From Gammaproteobacteria bacterium (lineage in GTDB: Bacteria > Pseudomonadota > Gammaproteobacteria > JAJFKG01): a DNA stretch of 64,000 nucleotides. Position 1 is the first letter of the stretch; each line of letters starts with the position of its first letter. The position numbers and the translations under genes are program-made. Below are positions 1-8,199 of the stretch, piece by piece. The notes under the pieces were generated by a model. It was not told where the DNA came from. It made no database searches and saw only the letters and a program-made list of their open reading frames with translations. The stretch is taken from positions 906,503-970,502 of the forward strand of contig OZ220716.1 in assembly GCA_965116795.1 (NCBI GenBank). Direction: 5' to 3'.

Positions 1-330
1 AGTAATGCGATTACCTATTGTCATGCTGATGTTAATCCAGTCGTACACATTAGTTGTGTGCGTCAACATGATGAATGGATATTTAAAGTCAGTGATAATG
101 GTATTGGGATCCCTGAAGTTGATCACGAGCGTGTATTTGATATTTTTCAACGTTTACATACTCATGAACAATATCCAGGTACGGGTATTGGTTTAGCTAT
201 TTGTAAGAAAATAGTAACACGTCATCGTGGTCATATTTGGCTGGAATCAGTTCCAGATGAAGGGACTATATTCTTTTTTAGTTTGCCTGTTGGTCAAATA
301 ACTAAAACAAATCATACACTGAAAGTTTAG
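1..330 (+). CDS. Sensor histidine kinase, C-terminal HATPase_c domain (5' truncated by window)
   Basis: Frame is open from base 1: SNAITY (N box), DNGIGI (G1), FDIFQRLH (F box), GTGIGLAICKKIV (G2). Confidence 0.9.
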   Translation, partial: SNAITYCHADVNPVVHISCVRQHDEWIFKVSDNGIGIPEVDHERVFDIFQRLHTHEQYPGTGIGLAICKKIVTRHRGHIWLESVPDEGTIFFFSLPVGQITKTNHTLKV

Positions 331-331
331 T

Positions 332-1261
332 CTAAAAAGAAAAGCGGCGTAAATTTAATTTATCTTTCCCTGAAGCTGATTGCTTAATGCGTTGTATAGC
401 AGCAATGGCACTTGTTAAATGCAATTCAGTATACTCCGAAAATACACGTGATGAAGATGCCTTTGTTTTTATTCCTTCTGGAGTCATTGGCAAATCACTG
501 ACTAATAATAATGCGCCCACGGGTACTTTGCGTGCAAAACCTGTAGTGAACAATGCACTGCATTCCATTTCGACACCAGTTGCTTTTTCATTGCGTAAGC
601 GTTGTTTAAAATCCTCATCAAATTCCCACATGCGATAATCAGTTGTATGCACAACCCCTGTCATAAAGGATAAATCACGTTCAATTAATTCTTCAGCAAT
701 GTATTTTTGGATCATAAATGATGGCAAGCTTGGTACTTGTTCTGGCATATAATGACGGCTAGTGCCTTCATCACGTACTGCAGCAATTGGTAATAACATA
801 TCACCAATACGTTGTCGTCGATGTAAACCACCACATAATCCAAGCATGATAACAGCCTGTGGATTTAAATAAGATAATACATCCATTAATAATGCTGCCA
901 TTGGTGATCCAACACGATAATCGATAATACTAATTTTGTGTGTTGGTGAATGAGCAACTTGTAATACAGGACCTTTTTGACACGTTATCTTTGCATAGTT
1001 AGCAAATGCGTCAGCATATTGTGAAAAATTAGTTAATAAAATAAAGTCTTGAAAGTCACTAATATCACTATTGGAGTAACGAGAGAGTGTATCTAGTGCA
1101 ATTTGACGGCGGGTAATTTGTCCGCGAGTGGCGGCTGCTTCATGGGTGATCCCAAATGCTTCGGTATCACTGTTGCGTAGTATTTCTGAGTTAGAATCAG
1201 ATAGTGTTTTTTTATGCTTAGACATCTGCACTGTGCTCATCATTTGTGATGATTTAAGCAT
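332..1261 (-). CDS. amn: AMP nucleosidase (short PNP/UDP-family form); true start may be 1225
   Basis: ILLTNF, GSPMAAL, AVRDEGTSRHY, VHTTDYRMWEFD, EMECSALF, LLVSDLPMTPEGIKT motifs. Confidence 0.85.
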   Translation of the reverse strand: MLKSSQMMSTVQMSKHKKTLSDSNSEILRNSDTEAFGITHEAAATRGQITRRQIALDTLSRYSNSDISDFQDFILLTNFSQYADAFANYAKITCQKGPVLQVAHSPTHKISIIDYRVGSPMAALLMDVLSYLNPQAVIMLGLCGGLHRRQRIGDMLLPIAAVRDEGTSRHYMPEQVPSLPSFMIQKYIAEELIERDLSFMTGVVHTTDYRMWEFDEDFKQRLRNEKATGVEMECSALFTTGFARKVPVGALLLVSDLPMTPEGIKTKASSSRVFSEYTELHLTSAIAAIQRIKQSASGKDKLNLRRFSF

Positions 1262-1286
1262 AGTACATATTCTGAGTTAATACAGA

Positions 1287-2177
1287 TTAGACTTTATTAG
1301 TAAATATAGACTGCAATTGTTGGTCTTTAGCTTCCCATAGTGTAGTGAGCCATTGCTGAGTTTGTTTACGTAACTCAGTTTCATTGTCTAGCTGAGTCAG
1401 CATGCTGTTTGGTATTGGGATACAGTTAACGTGAGTATATATTCGCTTAATCCGTCCACATAGTAGGTCCCACAATGTTACTGTTGGATTATCATATACA
1501 ATAGTAACATCAACTAACTGAGTAACATGATCGCCTAATATAGATAAACTCAATGCTAACATGCTGCCTTTAGGACGCAGTAAATGTTGATAAGGTGAGT
1601 TTTGGTTACGTTTTTTTGCTTGGGTAAAGCGGGTTGTTTCTGGAAATAAAATAATAATACTTGGATGTAATTTAAAAGCAGTACACGATCGGCGTGTTGC
1701 CTCAATATCTTTACCTTTTTTTTCAGGATGTTTTTTTAGATAACTTTTACTATAACGTTGCATAAAAGGAAACTGTAATGCTTTACATGCTAAGCCAATA
1801 CCTGGCACCCAAATCAATTGTTGTTTTAAGAAAAATTTTAATGGTGGTGCTTTACGGTTGAAGACATGATGCAGCACTAAAATGTCAACCCAAGAACGGT
1901 GATTAGAAATTAAAAAATACCACTTGCTACTATCTAATCTGTCAATACCATCATGTTTCCATTGAATGCGAGTCAATAATCGTAAAATGATGAGATTCCC
2001 ATCTACCCATAGTATGGACAAATAACTCATTAACCGATAACACCAATGACGCCATGATGAAATTGGTAGTAAGTAACGTAATAATGCAATTAATATAATA
2101 GTTGTAGGGATAACCAATGCATTAATTGATAACAATAGTAAACAAACTATGCCACGAATTGATGCAATAAAATTCAT
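1287..2177 (-). CDS. yihG: PlsC-family acyltransferase (YihG-like)
   Basis: NHRSWVD (HxxxxD), KFFLKQQLIWVP, FPFMQRYSK, FPETTRFT motifs. Confidence 0.85.
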   Translation of the reverse strand: MNFIASIRGIVCLLLLSINALVIPTTIILIALLRYLLPISSWRHWCYRLMSYLSILWVDGNLIILRLLTRIQWKHDGIDRLDSSKWYFLISNHRSWVDILVLHHVFNRKAPPLKFFLKQQLIWVPGIGLACKALQFPFMQRYSKSYLKKHPEKKGKDIEATRRSCTAFKLHPSIIILFPETTRFTQAKKRNQNSPYQHLLRPKGSMLALSLSILGDHVTQLVDVTIVYDNPTVTLWDLLCGRIKRIYTHVNCIPIPNSMLTQLDNETELRKQTQQWLTTLWEAKDQQLQSIFTNKV

Positions 2178-2189
2178 AGGGTGCTCCTG

Positions 2190-4073
2190 TTATTCTTCCA
2201 AGTAGGTGTAGCCTTCTAAGCCATCTAGTAATTCGGCCAAATACATTGCTTTTTGCTGCTCATCCATTTGCGATTTTTGGGATAATTGTGTTTGGTAAGA
2301 TTGCTTTAATTCAGCTAAATCAAGATGTACATAGCGTAACACATCGCTAACTGTATCCCCTAATTCAGGTTGACTAACGTGATGGTTACCATTGTTATCG
2401 ATGCTAACATTAATTGCATGAGTATCACCAAATAAATTATGCATATCCCCTAGGATTTCTTGGTATGCGCCTACTAAGAAGATACCGAGCAATGGTGTTG
2501 GTGTTTGGGTGAAATCAACAGTTGGTAAAGTTGAATCAACTCCATTTTCAACAACATAATCTTTAATGCAACCGTCTGAATCACAAGTAATATCATGCAT
2601 GATTGCCCGCGATGTTGATGATTGATTAAGACCCGTTAATGGCATAATAGGAAATGTTTGGTTGATTGCCCATGTATCTGGAATAGATTGAAATATAGAA
2701 AAGTTTACAAACAGTTTATTGGACAGTTTGTTAGATAATTCATCTAATATGGTTCGATGTGTGCGATTATTGGGGGTTAATAGTGATTGAATTTGTTGGC
2801 ATCCGTGTAAATATAATTGTTCGGCTTGAGCAAGTGTGGCTAAATTAACTATTCCGTGGGTATATAATGTATGTGCCTCTGCCATCCAGTGTTGGATATC
2901 ATGGTATGCTTCTAACACAGATTTTGTAGTGAGCTTGGTGTTATCAAGGTATAAATGCTGTAATACAGGGGGCGCATCATCGGCTAATTTGAGAGTTGGA
3001 TCTGTTTTAGAGAGTGGGCATTCAACATCAATAACATTAGTAATTAATACTGCATGGTGAGCTACTAAACTACGCCCGGTTTCACTAATAATTGTTGGAT
3101 GTGGCAATTGTGCTGTCTCACATGCTTCTTGGAATACAGTGACAACATTGTTTGCATATTCTTGCAATGAGTAATTAATCGAATAGCCATGACGTGAACG
3201 TAGCCCAGTGTAGTCAATGCCAAGACCACCACCAATATCAATAGCCGTAATCGGTGCACCTAATATGTATAGTTGTGTGTAATAGCGGGATAATTCTAGT
3301 AAACCACGCTGAATATCACGGATATTAGCAATTTGTGAACCCATGTGACAATGCAATAGTTGTAAACAATCTAATTTTTGTTGATCACGTAATGTATTTA
3401 TCATCTGTAATACTTGGTGTGCAGATAAACCAAATTTTGACTTTTCACCACCTGAATTTTGCCAGCGACCATGAGCAACTGCATTAAGTCGTATACGTAC
3501 GCCAAGGCATGGTTTAATCTTTAATTGTTGTGCTTGTGCTAATATCAATGCTAATTCAGCTACTCTTTCAATAATAATGTAAACGCGATGTCCTAACTGT
3601 TGCCCGATTAACGCAAGGCGGATGTATTTGTTATCTTTATACCCATTACAAATAATGACAGACTTATTTATATTTGCTAATCCAAGAATGGCTAATAATT
3701 CTGGTTTGCTACCAGCTTCTAATCCAATCTTATTATTGTGTTTGCTAATATTATTAGTGTGTAATAGTTCAGTAATTACTTGTTTTTGTTGATTGACTTT
3801 AATTGGGTATACACTTACATAATTGCCACGATAATTAACCGTTTGTCTTGCAGCGGCAAAAGCATGTTGTAGCCTTGCAACTCGATCATGCAAGATATTC
3901 ACAAAACGCACTAAGATAGGTAGTGATAAGCCTTGTTGGGTGATCTCATTAACTAAATTAGCCAGCACAATCGTATGTTGGCTGTCTTTCCCATGAGGGC
4001 GCACAATGACATCGCCATGATCATTTATAGCAAAATAGTCATTACTCCAATGGGATATATTATAAGTAGTCAT
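2190..4073 (-). CDS. speA: Biosynthetic arginine decarboxylase
   Basis: YPIKVNQ PLP lysine, GLEAGSKPEL, SGGEKSKFGL, DITCDSDG, GAYQEILGDMHNLFGD, C-terminal GYTYLEE. Confidence 0.95.
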   Translation of the reverse strand: MTTYNISHWSNDYFAINDHGDVIVRPHGKDSQHTIVLANLVNEITQQGLSLPILVRFVNILHDRVARLQHAFAAARQTVNYRGNYVSVYPIKVNQQKQVITELLHTNNISKHNNKIGLEAGSKPELLAILGLANINKSVIICNGYKDNKYIRLALIGQQLGHRVYIIIERVAELALILAQAQQLKIKPCLGVRIRLNAVAHGRWQNSGGEKSKFGLSAHQVLQMINTLRDQQKLDCLQLLHCHMGSQIANIRDIQRGLLELSRYYTQLYILGAPITAIDIGGGLGIDYTGLRSRHGYSINYSLQEYANNVVTVFQEACETAQLPHPTIISETGRSLVAHHAVLITNVIDVECPLSKTDPTLKLADDAPPVLQHLYLDNTKLTTKSVLEAYHDIQHWMAEAHTLYTHGIVNLATLAQAEQLYLHGCQQIQSLLTPNNRTHRTILDELSNKLSNKLFVNFSIFQSIPDTWAINQTFPIMPLTGLNQSSTSRAIMHDITCDSDGCIKDYVVENGVDSTLPTVDFTQTPTPLLGIFLVGAYQEILGDMHNLFGDTHAINVSIDNNGNHHVSQPELGDTVSDVLRYVHLDLAELKQSYQTQLSQKSQMDEQQKAMYLAELLDGLEGYTYLEE

Positions 4074-4148
4074 TTGCTCTCAATTTCTATTATATGTCCA
4101 GTGTAAAGAAACTGGCTAAGGTTAGCAACAAAGTTTATCTAAGTCTAA

Positions 4149-4219
4149 TATACTCAAAGCGTTTTGAATGTAGGCGAGGCGTAGCCAACAAAGCATAAAT
4201 TTAAAACGCGAAGAGTATA
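4149..4219. repeat. 71-bp ERIC/IRU-like palindromic element
   Basis: Ends TATACTC...GAGTATA with inner arms GCGTTTTGAAT/ATTTAAAACGC; internal AGGCG and AGCCAAC blocks recall the ERIC consensus. Confidence 0.55.
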
Positions 4220-4252
4220 ATAAATCGATTGTCATGGACAAACTAGCTAAGG

Positions 4253-5875
4253 TTGCTTAGAATCATGCGCTTATTAATGTCTTGGAAATTAATTCGTATG
4301 TATCATGGCAGCAGCAAGCTAAACACAATAACCACTAACCGATATTGGCGTTGGCTTTATGCACATCCTTACCTAGTTGCTTGTGTATTAAGCGTGTTAG
4401 TTAGTTTGATTATTTTTAGTCATCAACATATTACTGATGTTGATGGTTTTTTATATCTACGAGCAGCACGTGCTTATTTACAACAGGGTTACGATGCCAG
4501 TGTAGCAATATACCGTTGGCCATTATACTCACTGTTAGTTGCATATACGCACAAACTAACCGGTTTAAATGTATTTCTCAGTGCTTACCTACTAAATGTT
4601 ATGTTGAGCACGCTGTTAGTGATCAGTTTTATGTTGTTGGTTGATGAAGTATATCGGCGTCAAGGATTCAGTTGGCTTGGATTATTAGTCATTATTAATT
4701 TCACACGTTATAATCATTATCGCGATGATTTACTTCGGGATCATGGTTATTGGGCAATGAGTTTATTAGCGCTAGTATGTTTATTACGACTTGCCCGTAG
4801 TCAATGCTATCGATATGGAATAGCTTGGGGTTTACTCATGCTAATTGCAACACTATTTCGTATAGAAGGGGCTATTTTACTGGGATTAGTGCCGCTTGGT
4901 TTATTGTGTTGTGGCAAAGATGTGCCGTTCCTACAAAAAATACATTTACTTGCTAGTGCCTATGCTGTTGTTATATTAATAGCTATTAGTGTAGCAATAT
5001 ATATGGTACTACAACATAATCCAAATCACTTAGGGCGTATCCAAGATTTATTGGTATATTCCTCGAATCCAGTCAGCATGTTCATTGGTCCATTACAGTC
5101 AGCAATTGATATGATGCGCAATTCTGTACTGGATAACATCAATGAATTTGCAGGTAGTAATGCTCAAATCATGATAGTTACTGGTGTTATCGGGATCTTT
5201 GTTATTCAGTTTATCGGATCAGTACAGATTCTTTATCTATTACTAGGTGCTTATGGAATAGCAAAACGTGTCATCAATTCCCCAGCTGCTTTATCATTAC
5301 TCATTTGGACGGTGTTACTTAATGTAGTGATTGCACAGTTATTTACTATGCAATACTTTTTTACATCTGCTCGTTACTTAACGTTATTGTGCTTATTGTA
5401 TTTAGTGTGGGTGCCTGGAGCAATTGCATTAATCTATCAACAATGGCGTCAACGTGCAGCTACATTTGCTGGCAAACGTTGGTTATTTCCACTGGTTTGT
5501 GCTGGCTTTTTGTCTCTTAGTATTATTAATGTAAGTGATTTTGGTTACGCAAAAGCTTATTTAGTTAAGGGAAGTAACTGGCTAATCAAACAACAAAATA
5601 TCCCATTATTAATAACAAATAGTAAGAGGGTTGCTGGTTTAAATGAAGAATACCACGATATTATCTACGAAAAGTTCGATAAAGAACAACGCATTGTCCC
5701 TCAAGTGGTTGAGTTGTATCGTAGCTATCAGCAACAGCCAGCTTATTTTGCTATTATGGTGTCACGTAATAGTGATGAGTTAAATAACATCATTGCTATT
5801 TTCCCAACAGCACCAGTAAAACGGTTTGATGGGCGTAGAGGGGATACATTGCTTATTTTCAGCAATAAAATTTAA
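4253..5875 (+). CDS. Polytopic inner-membrane protein, probable GT-C/ArnT-like glycosyltransferase (start uncertain)
   Basis: Many TM segments, DGFLY motif in first loop, WPLYS, RDHGYW, RIEG, ARY motifs; next to LPS core genes. Confidence 0.6.
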   Translation: MLRIMRLLMSWKLIRMYHGSSKLNTITTNRYWRWLYAHPYLVACVLSVLVSLIIFSHQHITDVDGFLYLRAARAYLQQGYDASVAIYRWPLYSLLVAYTHKLTGLNVFLSAYLLNVMLSTLLVISFMLLVDEVYRRQGFSWLGLLVIINFTRYNHYRDDLLRDHGYWAMSLLALVCLLRLARSQCYRYGIAWGLLMLIATLFRIEGAILLGLVPLGLLCCGKDVPFLQKIHLLASAYAVVILIAISVAIYMVLQHNPNHLGRIQDLLVYSSNPVSMFIGPLQSAIDMMRNSVLDNINEFAGSNAQIMIVTGVIGIFVIQFIGSVQILYLLLGAYGIAKRVINSPAALSLLIWTVLLNVVIAQLFTMQYFFTSARYLTLLCLLYLVWVPGAIALIYQQWRQRAATFAGKRWLFPLVCAGFLSLSIINVSDFGYAKAYLVKGSNWLIKQQNIPLLITNSKRVAGLNEEYHDIIYEKFDKEQRIVPQVVELYRSYQQQPAYFAIMVSRNSDELNNIIAIFPTAPVKRFDGRRGDTLLIFSNKI

Positions 5876-6564
5876 TCATATTTATCTAGTGCTTGAGTAA
5901 ACTGTGTCAATAGTGTTGAATTATATTGCCAGTTACGCAATAAGCGATTGCGATCTTTTAATCGTTTACGTTGTTTATTCCATTTTGGATGGTGCATGGC
6001 ATCTAAATCAATTAAAAAAGTACGGTTTTTCTCATCAACTAACATGTTTGTACTTTTCATGTCACCGTGTACAAATCCATGCTGATGAATGGTTGCTAAC
6101 ATACGGGTAACGTCAGTCACAATCGATTGTTGTATTGCTAGTGGTTTTGTTGGCAATACGTTACACAACCAATCACCTTCGATATATTGGTTAATATAAA
6201 ATGCCGTTCTGCGTAATGGGCCATAACGTTGTTCAATATATGCAACTGGTGTTGGCGTGTTAATGCCCCACTGAATCAATCGATGAGCATTGTGCCAACT
6301 ATACCAAGCACGTGAGCGTGACAATGCACGGCGTATACGGTGCCCAAGCCCTTTTAAATTATAACGTTTGACGACTAACAACTGATCTGCACAACGTATT
6401 ACTACGATAGTACAGACATTTTCTTGTTTTAGTACTTTTATAACATCATTATGAAATGCACTATTCGGGTCATGTAGTAATTTTTGTAATGATGGTGTGA
6501 GCATTGAGCGTTGGCACACCCAATGATAACGCCAGGTATGTTTTATTTGCCAATCATTTTGCAT
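5872..6564 (-). CDS. Lipopolysaccharide kinase, Kdo/WaaP/InaA family
   Basis: LVVKRYN, TPTPVA, HGDMKSTN catalytic loop, LIDLD; downstream of waaF. Confidence 0.85.
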   Translation of the reverse strand: MQNDWQIKHTWRYHWVCQRSMLTPSLQKLLHDPNSAFHNDVIKVLKQENVCTIVVIRCADQLLVVKRYNLKGLGHRIRRALSRSRAWYSWHNAHRLIQWGINTPTPVAYIEQRYGPLRRTAFYINQYIEGDWLCNVLPTKPLAIQQSIVTDVTRMLATIHQHGFVHGDMKSTNMLVDEKNRTFLIDLDAMHHPKWNKQRKRLKDRNRLLRNWQYNSTLLTQFTQALDKYD

Positions 6565-6578
6565 AGATATATTACAGC

Positions 6579-6760
6579 TATAGCTTTTCAGAAAAATAAT
6601 TTGAATTATAACATTTCATCTTGCGCTCACCTAACTGCGTTGTTCATTCAAAAAATGCTCAAAATAGCCCAACTATTCCTCTGCTTTTTTTCAATCGCAA
6701 CCCGTCTAGCTAAACCCAATCTGAACGTTAAAATCCAAATTATTTTTCTGAAAAGCTATA
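6579..6760. mobile_element. 182-bp MITE with 25-bp perfect terminal inverted repeats, TA ends
   Basis: TATAGCTTTTCAGAAAAATAATTTG at 6579 and its exact reverse complement ending 6760; no credible coding content. Confidence 0.8.
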
Positions 6761-6779
6761 TTTAAATATAATTAATCTG

Positions 6780-7862
6780 TTACGATTTATTAATCACATG
6801 GATGGTGGCCACTTGTTTAGTACCATCTGTATTATGGTGTTGATTCACTGTATGCAACAATTCATCTAATCCGGTTAATACATAAGATGGTGTTAGATCG
6901 TTAAGACAGCGTAAGTGACCTAATGGACATGTGCGTTCAAAACACGGGCTGCATTCTAAGCCTAATGTTAGGATTTTAACGTGTTGTGCTAATGGTGGAG
7001 TGAAACTAGGATCAGATGAGCCATATATCACAACCAGCGGTCGTTTTAATGCAGCGGCAACGTGCATTAACCCAGAATCATTGGTGACAACCGCATCAGC
7101 TAACGATAATAAATCAACGGCCTCAGTTAATGTTGTTTTCCCACCTAAATCGTAACAATGTGCACCTATTTTATCAGCGATTTCGTTAGTAATGGTAACA
7201 TCGTTAGGCCCACCAAATAGCCATATGTCCCAACCTTTCTCAACATAGGCACGTCCAACAGTTGCCATGTAATCAGCAGGCCATTGTTTTGCTGGGCCAT
7301 ATTCTGCACCTGGACATAATGCCAGCACTGGGCGGTTACTTTTGTTAACGAGATGTTGTTGCGAGTTAATATTGGCTTGAGAGGGTATGGTTAATTGTGG
7401 AAATGGTAGCGGATCAGGTAAGTCATCTTGTTTATCTAAACCTAACGCGATAAAGCGTTCTACCATAAAGGGCAATGCAGTTTTGTCTAAGCGGCGTAGA
7501 TCGTTTAGTAATCCATAACGCATTTCACCGCACCAACCTGTTCTAATTGGGATCTTTGCCCATAATGGTATCAACGCTGATTTAAACGAGTTGGGTAATA
7601 CAATAGCTTGCTGGTATTTTTCTTGACGTAAACTACGTGCTAACTGATAACGTTTTAATAATGCTAATTGACCATGTCCAATCGGCATTGGAATAAAACG
7701 ACGTACCTCAGGCATGTGAGTAACAATAGGGCCACTGGCTTTGGGCGCTAATACATCGATAATAACACCTGGATAACGTTTACTGAGTAATTGATACACA
7801 CTGTGTGACATGATCATGTCACCTACCCAGGATGGCCCAATAATTAGAATTTTATTAATCAT
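6780..7862 (-). CDS. waaF: LPS heptosyltransferase II
   Basis: IIGPSWVGDM, LPNSFKSA, GEMRYGLLND, CPGAEYGPAKQWP, NDSGLMHVAAAL, CSPCFERTCPLGH. Confidence 0.95.
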   Translation of the reverse strand: MINKILIIGPSWVGDMIMSHSVYQLLSKRYPGVIIDVLAPKASGPIVTHMPEVRRFIPMPIGHGQLALLKRYQLARSLRQEKYQQAIVLPNSFKSALIPLWAKIPIRTGWCGEMRYGLLNDLRRLDKTALPFMVERFIALGLDKQDDLPDPLPFPQLTIPSQANINSQQHLVNKSNRPVLALCPGAEYGPAKQWPADYMATVGRAYVEKGWDIWLFGGPNDVTITNEIADKIGAHCYDLGGKTTLTEAVDLLSLADAVVTNDSGLMHVAAALKRPLVVIYGSSDPSFTPPLAQHVKILTLGLECSPCFERTCPLGHLRCLNDLTPSYVLTGLDELLHTVNQHHNTDGTKQVATIHVINKS

Positions 7863-8067
7863 GTTTATCTGTGGTTTCATCGTTAATTAAGGTAAATTGT
7901 GCGCCACAATATGGACAAACTGCTGTGCCTGTGGCTTCGATAGGTAAAAATACCCGTGGATGGGCATTCCATAATGGCATTTGTGCAGTTGGGCATGATA
8001 ATGGTAACGATTGCGATGTGATCTGATATGTTTGTGCTGCACATGCTGCTTGTTTTAACTCTGCCAT
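7855..8067 (-). CDS. zf-CHCC zinc-finger protein
   Basis: LPLSCP...WNAHPRVFL...CPYCG motif; overlaps the waaF start. Confidence 0.85.
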   Translation of the reverse strand: MAELKQAACAAQTYQITSQSLPLSCPTAQMPLWNAHPRVFLPIEATGTAVCPYCGAQFTLINDETTDKHD

Positions 8068-8199
8068 GGTGACGATCCTTCTGGTCAAATATTGCCAATC
8101 TTTAAAATCAGCCGATTTTAGCGTAGATCGTTGGGTATATGCAATTTGAGAAATATTGCTAATATTATTAACCTATTGAAAGAATGTGATTTATATCTT

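Noticed and set aside
6511-6765. 84-aa ORF
   Set aside because: Lies over the MITE and antisense to the kinase start; incidental.
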